Below are positions 38,102 to 48,251 of a stretch of DNA of 58,657 nt, piece by piece. The notes under the pieces were generated by a model. That model worked only from the letters and a program-made list of their open reading frames with translations, ran no database searches and was not told the origin of the DNA. The DNA lies in the NCBI GenBank assembly GCA_048941285.1, contig JBHLNS010000016.1:1-58657 (forward strand), in the 5' to 3' direction. A program made the translations under genes and the position numbers. Position 1 is the stretch's first letter. Every line of letters begins with the position of its first letter. The DNA is from Promethearchaeota archaeon (GTDB lineage: Archaea > Asgardarchaeota > Lokiarchaeia > Sigyniarchaeales > SOKP01).

Positions 38102-40066
38102 TTATAATTTAACAAATGAGGAGAGGGCAGAACCAATTCCTAAAGCATTGGAAATCACAGCAGAGAAAAATATTTGTATTAGATTGAAAGAACCTAGTAT
38201 TAAGGCAGCAAAATTGTGGGTATGTTCATAAATTAAAGTATTTTGAATGACGACAAATAAAAACATGAAATAGGTAAATAATACGGATGGAAAAAACGAC
38301 CACGAAGAAGTCAAAAGCATAAGTGTAATTTGAACAATAAATGCAATAATTATAATAATTTTTCTCCTCGCACGTTCACTTAGAAATGATAAATTAGGAT
38401 AAATCAACTTCCTATAAAGAAGCTCCATGGAAAAAAATATCGGAAGTGCAATTTCAGTTAATAGAAGGTTGATGTAGTTCGATGGCCACATAAAGGCAAA
38501 TGGATAGGAATATGAAAATATTAGATATAATCCAATAAAGTATGAAGTACATGTTATAGTATAAAGAAATGCTCTGAAAAACCTTTTATTTTGAATATGT
38601 ATATTTTTAATATTTAATTTGAACTCTATCCTAATCTGTTCTTTTCTATCTAAATGAAACAATACAAATCCAAAAGAAAATGAGAGCATTATACTACTGA
38701 CAAGGATTATAAGAATAACTGCAAAAGCTCCATCCAGAAAGGGTGAGGATGGTAAAGAGGGTGAAGGGTATGAGATAGAAAATAAAATCAAAATAACAAT
38801 AAAAGATATTGTAATAAAGAGGGAATAAATGAAATGTTTTATCTGAAGTTTAGAAATAATAAACTGTTTAAATTTCATTTTTTCTTCCTTTTTTATAATA
38901 TTCCAATAGCGACCTACTAAAATTACCGTCAAATAAATGACGGTAATTATAAGTGAAGCATAAAAAATACCTTCTAGTCCAAAAAATCTTTCAAATAATA
39001 CCCAATTGATGATAAATGCTCCTGTATAAACAACAATTTTCCCTATTTTCACACCTTCTTTGAACTTTAAAAATTGGAATCTCCTTTTTGATTTAAGCGT
39101 TTTTTCTATATCATTTTCTAATGTAAAATAATTTGCTGAGTATGATATTAAAGAAAATACTATTGCGATCAATATTCCTAAAGTTAAAAATAGAAAAATA
39201 TAATTAAATATAAAAGTTGTAGTAATTGGGCCATTAATAGTCTCAGAATTAAAAAAGTATTCTTCAAACCACCTTATAGATTCAATTATTACTCCATCTG
39301 AAAATAGTTGATGTCCTCCTCCAAATAAGAATCCGGTTATTGGTATCACTGTACAATTTGTGAGTTCTTGAGCTTTTATTGCATTTTCAGTGAAATTCAA
39401 CACTTCATCTTGAGTATGCATAATAATTAAGAGATTATGTGTATTTGTCATATTAAGCAAGTTTGAGGGTATATATTTAAGAAAATCATCGGTCTCAACA
39501 ATTCCTAATAGCGCAGGATCAAAATCCACTAAAGGAGCCCATGCAACAGTGACATTGAATCTAGCATCTAATGCTTGATTCATAAGTACAACCATTCCCC
39601 CAAGTGAATGACCAATCAAACCAATTTGCGACTCGTTTACATTGGAGTAAAATGGCATCGTTTCTAATTTATCTAATAATCTAGAACAATCCTGTGCTAT
39701 TGCAGGGATATCTTCACCGGGTACCATATTATTAATACTACCACCACTTTCTCCATGCCCTTGATAATCCAATGCTGCCAAATAATAGCCACGTTTAGTC
39801 AGTTCTATAGGAATTCTTAGATCAAAATCTCTCTGGCTTCCTATTCCGTGACAATAAATTACTAATGGTCTTTTTTCTTGAAAATCAAGCGTCTTTGATG
39901 GATAATATAAATTTGCATAAAGTGTTGCCCCAGATGATTGAAATTGAACACGTTCATATCTTGAATAACTTACTGCTTTACTTAAAAATAAAAATGTAAG
40001 TGAAAATATTAAGCAAATAATTAAAATGACAATCTTTTTAATAAAAATTCGGTTTTTTTCTTCCAT
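38102..40066 (-). CDS. Alpha/beta hydrolase with a multi-pass membrane C-terminal domain
   Basis: N-terminal anchor, HGIG, DYQGHGES, GHSLGG nucleophile elbow, QDEV and GGH, then about 10 TM helices. Confidence 0.8.
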   Translation of the reverse strand: MEEKNRIFIKKIVILIICLIFSLTFLFLSKAVSYSRYERVQFQSSGATLYANLYYPSKTLDFQEKRPLVIYCHGIGSQRDFDLRIPIELTKRGYYLAALDYQGHGESGGSINNMVPGEDIPAIAQDCSRLLDKLETMPFYSNVNESQIGLIGHSLGGMVVLMNQALDARFNVTVAWAPLVDFDPALLGIVETDDFLKYIPSNLLNMTNTHNLLIIMHTQDEVLNFTENAIKAQELTNCTVIPITGFLFGGGHQLFSDGVIIESIRWFEEYFFNSETINGPITTTFIFNYIFLFLTLGILIAIVFSLISYSANYFTLENDIEKTLKSKRRFQFLKFKEGVKIGKIVVYTGAFIINWVLFERFFGLEGIFYASLIITVIYLTVILVGRYWNIIKKEEKMKFKQFIISKLQIKHFIYSLFITISFIVILILFSISYPSPSLPSSPFLDGAFAVILIILVSSIMLSFSFGFVLFHLDRKEQIRIEFKLNIKNIHIQNKRFFRAFLYTITCTSYFIGLYLIFSYSYPFAFMWPSNYINLLLTEIALPIFFSMELLYRKLIYPNLSFLSERARRKIIIIIAFIVQITLMLLTSSWSFFPSVLFTYFMFLFVVIQNTLIYEHTHNFAALILGSFNLIQIFFSAVISNALGIGSALSSFVKL

Positions 40067-40191
40067 TCTTATTTTTATTTAGCATTTATCCTATTTAATT
40101 TTTTAATTTAAAGAGATCTCTGTTAAAAATAAATTTGACAATATTATAAAGAGTTTAAAACAAAAAAAAAAATGATTTAGTAGTTAAGTAA

Positions 40192-42684
40192 TTAATAATA
40201 TAATTTTTCTACTGATTCTCTTACTTGCCAAATATCCCAGTAATTGTACCTCATCGGTTTATAAGTCCAAGTCTCGTACAATGCAAGTTGATCATAGGCG
40301 TGATTGAATTCAAATAAGTAATTCATGAATCCACTTTGCCCAGGTGGAATTACATTAAAAGCATAAGGAGCTGAATTCCAAGATCTATGCAACCATTTAT
40401 GTTTTGGCATTTCTACAATATGATTATATGTACCACGATTCATATAATGCATAACAGGAGGCGGTAAGGCTCCAAGGGCACTGGGGACCCAGATTCGGAC
40501 GGGAGTTAACCATTTATCCATATCTGAACCCAATTCATTTCTTAAGTTTATCACTGCATCTTTTAATACACGATTTATTACTTCATCTCTATCTTCTTCA
40601 TTAAGATAATCATAGTTTAAATGTAATTTTGAATCTTCACCATCAAAAACATGAATTAATGTGCTGGAACTACCTTGCATGCCAGGTGGAAGGTCATCAT
40701 CGAATACTTCATTATCAATCATGCTAAACCAAGTATTAAAAATTGTTAAACCAGGATCATCATAAGTAGCGTCCGCACTAGGCCATTGGGGCACTTTATA
40801 ATCGTTATAATGAAAATCCCAGGCTTCTAAATAGGGTAAAGCTGCTTGAATATCTGGGTCGGAAGATTCACTAGCAGCATCTATTAAAAAGCTTAAAAAA
40901 TTCATCCCATCTGTATGAGTATACCCGCAATCTCTATTAATTGTAATCATATCATCTAGAGTAAATTTGACTTCAGCTGATAGGAGTTGCATTATTCTTT
41001 TAACTCGATGTCCTTCTCCCCATTCTGCATCTGATTCAGCATACGGCCAATCTGTTACTGGTTTATTATTCCAGTTTGCTAGCCAACCCTGTTTAGGATT
41101 GATGCATATTGGTATTTCATCGACACCGGTAACTCCTAACCATTCTTCTTCTCCTGTCCCCCATAAGGGTAATCTATCATCGATAGGTCTTCCATACATA
41201 CCTGTAGTAGGCTTTATTGGCCAATAACCTGAATGCCAATATCCTATATTTCCCTTTTTATCAGCCCAATAAAAATTATGTGCTGGTTCTACTCGTTTGC
41301 ATGCAAAATCAAAATCCTTAATATTTCTAGCTTGTTGAAATAGTGACCAACCTTCTTCAGCAGCCAATTCCCTCTTATAATAAGGAGTTTTCATTGTAAA
41401 ACAAAGATTATTATCAAGATCCCACCCAATTATAGGTCCATGGACGGTTCTATATACATTTCTTTCTTCATAGTACATTTTTTTATAACCATAGAATTTC
41501 TCAGTTCTTACTTCCATATCAATAAATCCACCGTTATACCAGTATTGGTAAGGATTTGCAGGATTTAATACTTCAATGTAAGTATCCATATTATCTGTAA
41601 CACCAGTAGTAGACGTCCAAGCACCATATTTACTAGCACCAATCAAAATTGAAGGAGCATGAGGCATCATCATTCCTACAGCATCAATTCCAGCTCCATG
41701 CAACCCTACTTCAAGAACAATTTGGGGAATAGATTGCCCCATTTGAGGTCCACCCTGCTGAAGAGCATTTTTCGTAGCAGATTTTAAAGGACTGACAATC
41801 CATGCATTACTTCCGAATTTTGTAGGTAAACCTAATGAATTAAAAAGTGCAGTTTGTCCCATTTTTAATTCATTATATTTATTATAAACGCCGATAAAAT
41901 TACATGAATATCCATTACTAATACTCGGATTCCACGAATTAATTTGTTGTACATCAGGCCAAATTCCTTCTTCTATAGGTATTGTGACTTCTGCTCCAGG
42001 ATCATTTTGGGGATAAAGATCATTAAATATGTCCCATCCAATATCATTTCCATGAAGGCTTTGAAGAGCTTGTAATGCAGATGCATATGATAGTTCGTTA
42101 CCTCCACATCCTCCAAATCTCCAAGCCATCATAACTACTATAGCGACAGAATCTTCAATTGTCCAAGGTTCGATTGGAAGTAGACCATCGGGAAAGATTA
42201 CACCTGGAAGATATTCTATAGGAATAAGAGAAGGATCACCTTCTTCATAATATCTTCTATGAGCTTCATCAATATATTCATTAACACCATCGACGTAAGC
42301 AAGCATCATTTCTTTAAGCTTTGCTTTGGGATCAGAAGGTACCCAATTTTCAAACATTTCCAAAAGTTCTTCCTTACTATAAGCCATGCTTCTAATATAA
42401 TAGTCCTGATCTATGGAACCTAATCCGAATTCAGCAAGACTCCCATATCCTTGCCGTCGATACAAATCTGCCTGCCATAACCTATCTTGTGCCATAGCAT
42501 AACCGCAACCAAAAGCTAATCCCTCTTTTGTACCTGCAAAAATATGTGGGACTCCATAATTATCTCTTATTATTGTAACTTTTTTGTGTCCCCAGCCTTT
42601 TCCCTTTGAACAAGCTGAAACTATTGGACTCATTGAAAATAATATTAAAATGGACAATAAAACAATCCATAGTTTTCTCTTCAT
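40192..42684 (-). CDS. Penicillin acylase family Ntn-hydrolase, secreted
   Basis: Signal peptide, RDNYGVPHI, GYAMAQDRLWQ, GSNAW (catalytic Ser), RTVHGP, NP.QGW.ANWNNKP, PPGQSG. Confidence 0.92.
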   Translation of the reverse strand: MKRKLWIVLLSILILFSMSPIVSACSKGKGWGHKKVTIIRDNYGVPHIFAGTKEGLAFGCGYAMAQDRLWQADLYRRQGYGSLAEFGLGSIDQDYYIRSMAYSKEELLEMFENWVPSDPKAKLKEMMLAYVDGVNEYIDEAHRRYYEEGDPSLIPIEYLPGVIFPDGLLPIEPWTIEDSVAIVVMMAWRFGGCGGNELSYASALQALQSLHGNDIGWDIFNDLYPQNDPGAEVTIPIEEGIWPDVQQINSWNPSISNGYSCNFIGVYNKYNELKMGQTALFNSLGLPTKFGSNAWIVSPLKSATKNALQQGGPQMGQSIPQIVLEVGLHGAGIDAVGMMMPHAPSILIGASKYGAWTSTTGVTDNMDTYIEVLNPANPYQYWYNGGFIDMEVRTEKFYGYKKMYYEERNVYRTVHGPIIGWDLDNNLCFTMKTPYYKRELAAEEGWSLFQQARNIKDFDFACKRVEPAHNFYWADKKGNIGYWHSGYWPIKPTTGMYGRPIDDRLPLWGTGEEEWLGVTGVDEIPICINPKQGWLANWNNKPVTDWPYAESDAEWGEGHRVKRIMQLLSAEVKFTLDDMITINRDCGYTHTDGMNFLSFLIDAASESSDPDIQAALPYLEAWDFHYNDYKVPQWPSADATYDDPGLTIFNTWFSMIDNEVFDDDLPPGMQGSSSTLIHVFDGEDSKLHLNYDYLNEEDRDEVINRVLKDAVINLRNELGSDMDKWLTPVRIWVPSALGALPPPVMHYMNRGTYNHIVEMPKHKWLHRSWNSAPYAFNVIPPGQSGFMNYLFEFNHAYDQLALYETWTYKPMRYNYWDIWQVRESVEKLYY

Positions 42685-42899
42685 ATTAGATCACTTTAAT
42701 TTGGATATAAGATTAAGGCAATTTTTTTGCCAAAGTTTTATTTTTTTCATTTATATTTAAACTTTTTTGTCTACTTTTAATATAAAGAATATGATGTCCC
42801 ATTTTCTTCCCAAAATAGCTTTTAGAACCTTTAAACTTTTAATGAATAAGTTCATATATTTAAATAGTAATGGATGTAAATAGAGAAATGTGAAAATAA

Positions 42900-44162
42900 A
42901 TGCCAACTTCAAAAGAATTCATTGAAATGGATAATAAATACGCTGCGCATAACTATCATCCGATTCCTGTAGTTATTGCTAGAGCAGAAGGTGTTTGGAT
43001 GTATGATCCCGAGGGGAAGAAATATTTGGATTGTTTATCAGCGTATTCAAGTCAGAACGCGGGCCATTGCCATCCCGAAATTATTGCAACTTTAAAAGAA
43101 CAAGCTAGTATTGTGACTCTAACTTCACGTGCCTTTCACAATAATATGATGGGCCCTTTTCTAAAAATGTTAGCTGAGGTAGTTGGACCACATATTAATG
43201 ATCCTACAAATTCTGGTATAATGTCTCTTCCTATGAATACAGGAACAGAAGCGGTTTCAACTGGGTTAAAGGTAGCAAGAGCTTGGGGTTATATAAAGAA
43301 AAAAATCCCAAAAAATGAAGCTAAAATAATCGTTTGTAGAGATAATTTCCATGGTAGAACAATAACAATTGTAGGTTTTAGCTCTGATATTTCAGCATCA
43401 CGTTATTATGGAAATTTTGGGCCTTATACACCAGGTTTTGTAATAATACCTTATGGGAATGCTGAAGCATTAGAAAATACAATTCTCGAGATCGGTCCAG
43501 AAAAAGTTGCCGCTTTTCTAGTCGAACCAATTCAAGGTGAAGCTGGGGTTAAAGTGCCTCCAGAAGGATACTTAAAAAAAGTTAGAGAAATTTGTACAAA
43601 ATATAATGTATTACTGGCTTTAGATGAAATACAAACTGGTTTTGGCAGAACTGGTGAATTTTTTGCTTGTGATCATGAAGATGTGAAACCAGACATGTTA
43701 TTATTAGGTAAAGCTCTTGGAGGAGGTGTATACCCTGTTTCTGCCTGTGTGACTACGAAAGAAATAATAGGTCCAGATGTGATAACTCCAGGAACTCATG
43801 GAAGCACTTTTGGAGGTAACCCCTTAGCTGCTGCTATTGGAATGAAATCAATGGATATTCATTTACGTGAGAATCTTGCAGAACGTGCAAAAGAAATGGG
43901 GGCTTATTTTATAAAAAGATTAAAGGAAATTGCTGAAAAAAGAACTAAAATCCCAATAAAAGAAATAAGAGGAAAAGGTTTATTAATTGCTGTTGAATTT
44001 ACAGAAGATGCTAGGCAAATTGTAGAGGAACTAAAGGATAATGGAATTTTAGCAAAAGATACACATTCTACAACAATTAGATTTGCTCCACCCTTAGTTA
44101 TTACAAAGAATGATATTGATTGGGCAATTGAAATTATTGAAAAAGTATTTGTAACACATTAA
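42900..44162 (+). CDS. rocD: Ornithine--oxo-acid aminotransferase
   Basis: AHNYHP.PVV, D.LSAYS..N.GHCHP, LTSRAF, PMNTG.EAV, EPIQGEAG, DEIQTG, LGKALGGG, HGSTFGGNPL. Confidence 0.93.
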   Translation: MPTSKEFIEMDNKYAAHNYHPIPVVIARAEGVWMYDPEGKKYLDCLSAYSSQNAGHCHPEIIATLKEQASIVTLTSRAFHNNMMGPFLKMLAEVVGPHINDPTNSGIMSLPMNTGTEAVSTGLKVARAWGYIKKKIPKNEAKIIVCRDNFHGRTITIVGFSSDISASRYYGNFGPYTPGFVIIPYGNAEALENTILEIGPEKVAAFLVEPIQGEAGVKVPPEGYLKKVREICTKYNVLLALDEIQTGFGRTGEFFACDHEDVKPDMLLLGKALGGGVYPVSACVTTKEIIGPDVITPGTHGSTFGGNPLAAAIGMKSMDIHLRENLAERAKEMGAYFIKRLKEIAEKRTKIPIKEIRGKGLLIAVEFTEDARQIVEELKDNGILAKDTHSTTIRFAPPLVITKNDIDWAIEIIEKVFVTH

Positions 44163-44165
44163 AAA

Positions 44166-45083
44166 TTATTTATCTAAATAAATATATGTGCCCGCTTTAC
44201 CTTCCAAGGCATCTTTAATTTTGTCTATTGAAGTTATAATTGCTTTTTCACCCCCTGCTTCCAGAAAATTAATTACTGCTTGAATTTTCGGGCCCATACT
44301 TCCAGCAGGAAATTGATTCTCTTCAAGATATTTTTTAGCCTCAGATACAGATAGATTTTCTAGATCTTTTTGATCTGGAGTTCCATAATTAAGAGCAACT
44401 TTCTCAACATCAGTTGCAATAAGAAGAATTTCTGCTCCTACTTGTTCAGCTAATTTAGAACTAGCTAGATCTTTATCTATTACAGCTTCAACACCATATA
44501 ATTTTTTTTCTTCTTTAATAACAGGAATGCCTCCTCCACCACATGCTATTACAATCCAGCTACCTAATTCCATTAACTTTTTTATTTCACGCCATTGATA
44601 TATTTTTATGGGTTTAGGGGAAGGGACTACTTGGCGCCATCCTTTAGCTGTCTTTACTTGACCTGGTCTTGTACGGACAGGATAGGCAGGTCCAATTGGT
44701 TTTGTGGGATTTTTAAAAGCAGGATCTTTCGAATCAACTTTTACGTAGGTTAAAACCGTAAGAAAGAGCTTTTCTTCGTCCAGCCCTCTTTTCATTAGCT
44801 CTTCATCTAATGTACTCTCAATCATGAAACCAATCTGACCTTGTGTTTCTGCTACTAATATTTGTAAAGGCCTTTTTGATACAAACTCTGTTGCTTCTTG
44901 TTGTAGTAAAAGATTTCCTACTTGTGGGCCATTACCATGTGTTATAATAATATTATAATCTCTTGCGAGTTCCGCAATTTGACTAATTGGAACTTTTAAA
45001 TTCCGAAATTGTTCTTCGGTTGTTCCTTCTTCTCCAAACTTAATTAATGCATTTCCACCAAGTGCTACTATGAGAGTTTTCAT
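44166..45083 (-). CDS. arcC: Carbamate kinase
   Basis: VALGGNAL, THGNGPQVG, NPTKPIGP, VVPSP.P, GGGGIPV, EAVIDKD, GSMGPK. Confidence 0.96.
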   Translation of the reverse strand: MKTLIVALGGNALIKFGEEGTTEEQFRNLKVPISQIAELARDYNIIITHGNGPQVGNLLLQQEATEFVSKRPLQILVAETQGQIGFMIESTLDEELMKRGLDEEKLFLTVLTYVKVDSKDPAFKNPTKPIGPAYPVRTRPGQVKTAKGWRQVVPSPKPIKIYQWREIKKLMELGSWIVIACGGGGIPVIKEEKKLYGVEAVIDKDLASSKLAEQVGAEILLIATDVEKVALNYGTPDQKDLENLSVSEAKKYLEENQFPAGSMGPKIQAVINFLEAGGEKAIITSIDKIKDALEGKAGTYIYLDK

Positions 45084-45163
45084 GGAATACTATTCACATA
45101 CTCAATAGAAAAATAAGATTATTTTACTTACTATTTAAAATTTTTCTCAACTAAGTTCTATTT

Positions 45164-47131
45164 TTATGATTCTAATGTATAACTTGAAAGAAAACTTTCA
45201 TTGAGTAATTTTTCAAGTATAGGAATGTCTTTTAGTTGAATTTCTTGATTTGTTTGATAAAATTTATTAAAAATCTTCCAAATCATACTATTGCCTGTTA
45301 TTTTTTCAATGAAATTTTGCAATTTATATTGAGCGAAGTATGATTGTCCCTTGAATAAATAGCAGACTAAGAAAGGTGTAACAGTTCTTAATAGAAGGTT
45401 ATATTCCCCAAATTTGGCACGATCGAGTCCTTCAGAGAGCATTTCATCACTGAAAGAATTAAAAGCAGTCAGAAAACCACTCCAAAGATGGTCTTTGAAT
45501 GAAAATTCATCAATAAAAGATTTAGAAAATATAGGTGTTCCTGCTTTCGAAGTTATTAAAATTACAACCGGATTTTCTTCCGATACTACAATAGATTCAT
45601 CAACGTGCTTATGAAGCATACTTTTAATCTGATCTCCCAGACGAGTAAGTTTAATACGTTCGGCAATAGGAGCATTGAAATTCTGCAAATTTTCCCATGT
45701 ACTTAATTGTTTTAATAATTCATCATGCTCATTTGAGATTTTAATGGCTAATTGATTCATTCCATATTTTTTTGCAATTTGTTGTGCTTTAGTTAAATAT
45801 TTCCTTGCTTCTTTTACCTCTAAGATTATTAAAGCCAATTTTGCCTGTAATATATAAGTCTCGCAAAGAATGAAATGTGAATGTGAATTTTTCGCAATTT
45901 CAAGAAGCCTATCAATTAAAGGATTAATATCATTCAGGACTTCTAAATTATTTGTGACCTCTAGTTCGGTTAAATATATTTCGCATAATTGAACTAAAAT
46001 TTCTATTTTAAGACCAAAATTTGCTTTTACCTTTTCTAAAAGTGTTAATAATAACTCTTCTGCTTTAGCTTTATCTCTTGTTCGTGAACTTCTTTTAAGG
46101 ATTAAAGCATCATAAAAAATTACCCATAAGTTAATTATTGTGTTGGTATAACGATCTTTAATCCGTTTCAATTTTTCTAAATATTCATTTGCTAAATAAT
46201 TATCACCTTTATATAAAGATAATTCAATAGCAATCCCAAGAGGACTGAAAAGTTCATATAATTCTCCAATTTCTCTATAGATTCCGATACTTTTTTCTAT
46301 ATCTTTAAAAGCTTCATCATATCTTCCCTTCTCCCCCATTATATTGCCTATTAGAGCATAAGTTCTTGCTCCAAAAGATTTATTATTGATTTCCTCAAAT
46401 AATTTTAAAGCTTTTTGATAATAGTCAAGTGAACGATTAAGTTCTCCTTTATAAAGATAACTGCTTCCTAGGTGATTTAATAGAAATGCAATTCCATACT
46501 TATGGTTAAGCTTCTCAGCAATTCTTAGCCCTTGTTCAAAATAACCTATAGATTTATCTAATTCACCTTTAGAATAATAATGAGTTAAACCAATGCACAT
46601 AATAGTCATGGCTTTTCCTATACTAAGATCTATTTTATCCCATAATGATAAGCTATAGTTTAAATATTCTAAACCCTTATCAACATCTTTTCTAGATATT
46701 AAAAATCCTTTAATGAAATTTAAGTTGGCTTCTGTTCGAATATAATCTGCTGATGATTCTATTGTAAACGTATTAAAGAGTTCTTCTGATTTTTTAATTA
46801 ACTCATAAGATTTATCCATGTTTCCTTGCCAATTATTAACGAGCGCCCGTAAGTTTAACGTTTCGACTGTTATAAGATTCTTTCCTAAATTTAAACTCTC
46901 ATTATATGCTTTTTCAGAGATCTTCAGACATTCTTCATGTTTTCCTACGTACATTAATAATCTGGCTATATAATTTAAGCTATAGACCTTATAATATAGG
47001 GGAACATTATTTTTTTTTATATACTCTCTAAGAACTTTCAAGGCTTCTGTGTATTTATTTTCCTTTATAAGTTGCTCAGCAAATATAATCTCTTCTGGTT
47101 TATCCTCTTCTACTATTGTTTGATCGTTCAT
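45164..47131 (-). CDS. TPR-repeat protein with a C-terminal longin-like domain
   Basis: Multiple TPR-like repeats (G..Y..KG.L..SL.YY.KAL), then PVVILI...G.PIFS..F......L.SGFL.A..SF typical of Asgard longin-like tails. Confidence 0.75.
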   Translation of the reverse strand: MNDQTIVEEDKPEEIIFAEQLIKENKYTEALKVLREYIKKNNVPLYYKVYSLNYIARLLMYVGKHEECLKISEKAYNESLNLGKNLITVETLNLRALVNNWQGNMDKSYELIKKSEELFNTFTIESSADYIRTEANLNFIKGFLISRKDVDKGLEYLNYSLSLWDKIDLSIGKAMTIMCIGLTHYYSKGELDKSIGYFEQGLRIAEKLNHKYGIAFLLNHLGSSYLYKGELNRSLDYYQKALKLFEEINNKSFGARTYALIGNIMGEKGRYDEAFKDIEKSIGIYREIGELYELFSPLGIAIELSLYKGDNYLANEYLEKLKRIKDRYTNTIINLWVIFYDALILKRSSRTRDKAKAEELLLTLLEKVKANFGLKIEILVQLCEIYLTELEVTNNLEVLNDINPLIDRLLEIAKNSHSHFILCETYILQAKLALIILEVKEARKYLTKAQQIAKKYGMNQLAIKISNEHDELLKQLSTWENLQNFNAPIAERIKLTRLGDQIKSMLHKHVDESIVVSEENPVVILITSKAGTPIFSKSFIDEFSFKDHLWSGFLTAFNSFSDEMLSEGLDRAKFGEYNLLLRTVTPFLVCYLFKGQSYFAQYKLQNFIEKITGNSMIWKIFNKFYQTNQEIQLKDIPILEKLLNESFLSSYTLES

Positions 47132-47235
47132 TTTGAATTTCTTTAAAAAACCAACTAGGCTTTATATAATCTAAATATTCTCACTTATTTATAATAGATA
47201 TTACTATTAATATCTATATTAGTTTACATATGAGT

Positions 47236-48168
47236 CTAAAATTTATCTCTTAAAAAGAGCATTATAGCTTTTTGGATATGTAGTCTATTTTCTGCTTGAT
47301 CAAATACTATTGATTGAGGACCATCAATTATTTCTGCTGTTTGTTCATATTCCCTCATTGCTGGTAAACAATTCATAAAAATCGCATCAGATTTTGCTGC
47401 TTTCATAATTGATGAAGAAACTTGAAAAGGTATGAAAGCTTTTTTCCGTTCTTCCTCCTGTTCTATCGGTATTCCATAACTCATCCAACTATCAGTGTAG
47501 ATTACATCAGAATCTCGAGCAGCCTCTAAGGCGTTATGGACAATTTTGACTTCAGCGCCAGTTTCATTCGACAAATTTGAGATTTCATCTAAGACTATCT
47601 GTTCGGGTGAATATTCTGGTGCATTAGGACAAGCAACGTCCATTTTCCAACCAAACATAGCCGACATCCTCATTAAATCATAAGTAACATTATTATGAGC
47701 ATCACCATAATAGGATAATTTCATATTATCTAAATGATTCAATTTTTCTTTAATTGTTTGATAATCTCCTAAAATCTGACATGGGTGAGCGAAGTCATCA
47801 AGCATGTTAATGACAGGAACATCAGCATATTTAGCGAGATCCCAGATATCTTGTCGCTTAAAAACACGAGCAGCAATAATATTAACAAATCGAGATGCGA
47901 CTTTTGCTGTATCAGATATATTTTCTTTTTTCCCTAGGGGAGAGTCTTTGATAGAATAAAAAATTGCATGCCCTCCTAATTGTTGCATACCCGTTTCAAA
48001 AGATATCCTTGTTCTTAAAGAAGGTTTTTCAAATAGCATAAGTAAGGTCTCTCCTTCTAAAAAGGTACTAAATTTTTTTGGATTCTTCTTAATCTCGATT
48101 GCTTTATTAATAACTTTCTCACATTCAGCTTTTGAAAAATCTGAGACTTTTAAAAGATGTCGAACCAT
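47236..48168 (-). CDS. arcB: Ornithine carbamoyltransferase
   Basis: FEKPSLRTR, HPCQ, YTDSW.S.G, NCLP, DQAENR. A catabolic role is inferred from the arcC neighbour. Confidence 0.92.
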   Translation of the reverse strand: MVRHLLKVSDFSKAECEKVINKAIEIKKNPKKFSTFLEGETLLMLFEKPSLRTRISFETGMQQLGGHAIFYSIKDSPLGKKENISDTAKVASRFVNIIAARVFKRQDIWDLAKYADVPVINMLDDFAHPCQILGDYQTIKEKLNHLDNMKLSYYGDAHNNVTYDLMRMSAMFGWKMDVACPNAPEYSPEQIVLDEISNLSNETGAEVKIVHNALEAARDSDVIYTDSWMSYGIPIEQEEERKKAFIPFQVSSSIMKAAKSDAIFMNCLPAMREYEQTAEIIDGPQSIVFDQAENRLHIQKAIMLFLRDKF

Positions 48169-48251
48169 TTTTATCTTATTAAAATTTTTGATTTTAATTG
48201 AATATAAAAAAGAATGATTAGATTTAAATCAAGACATGTGTTATTTAGCAT

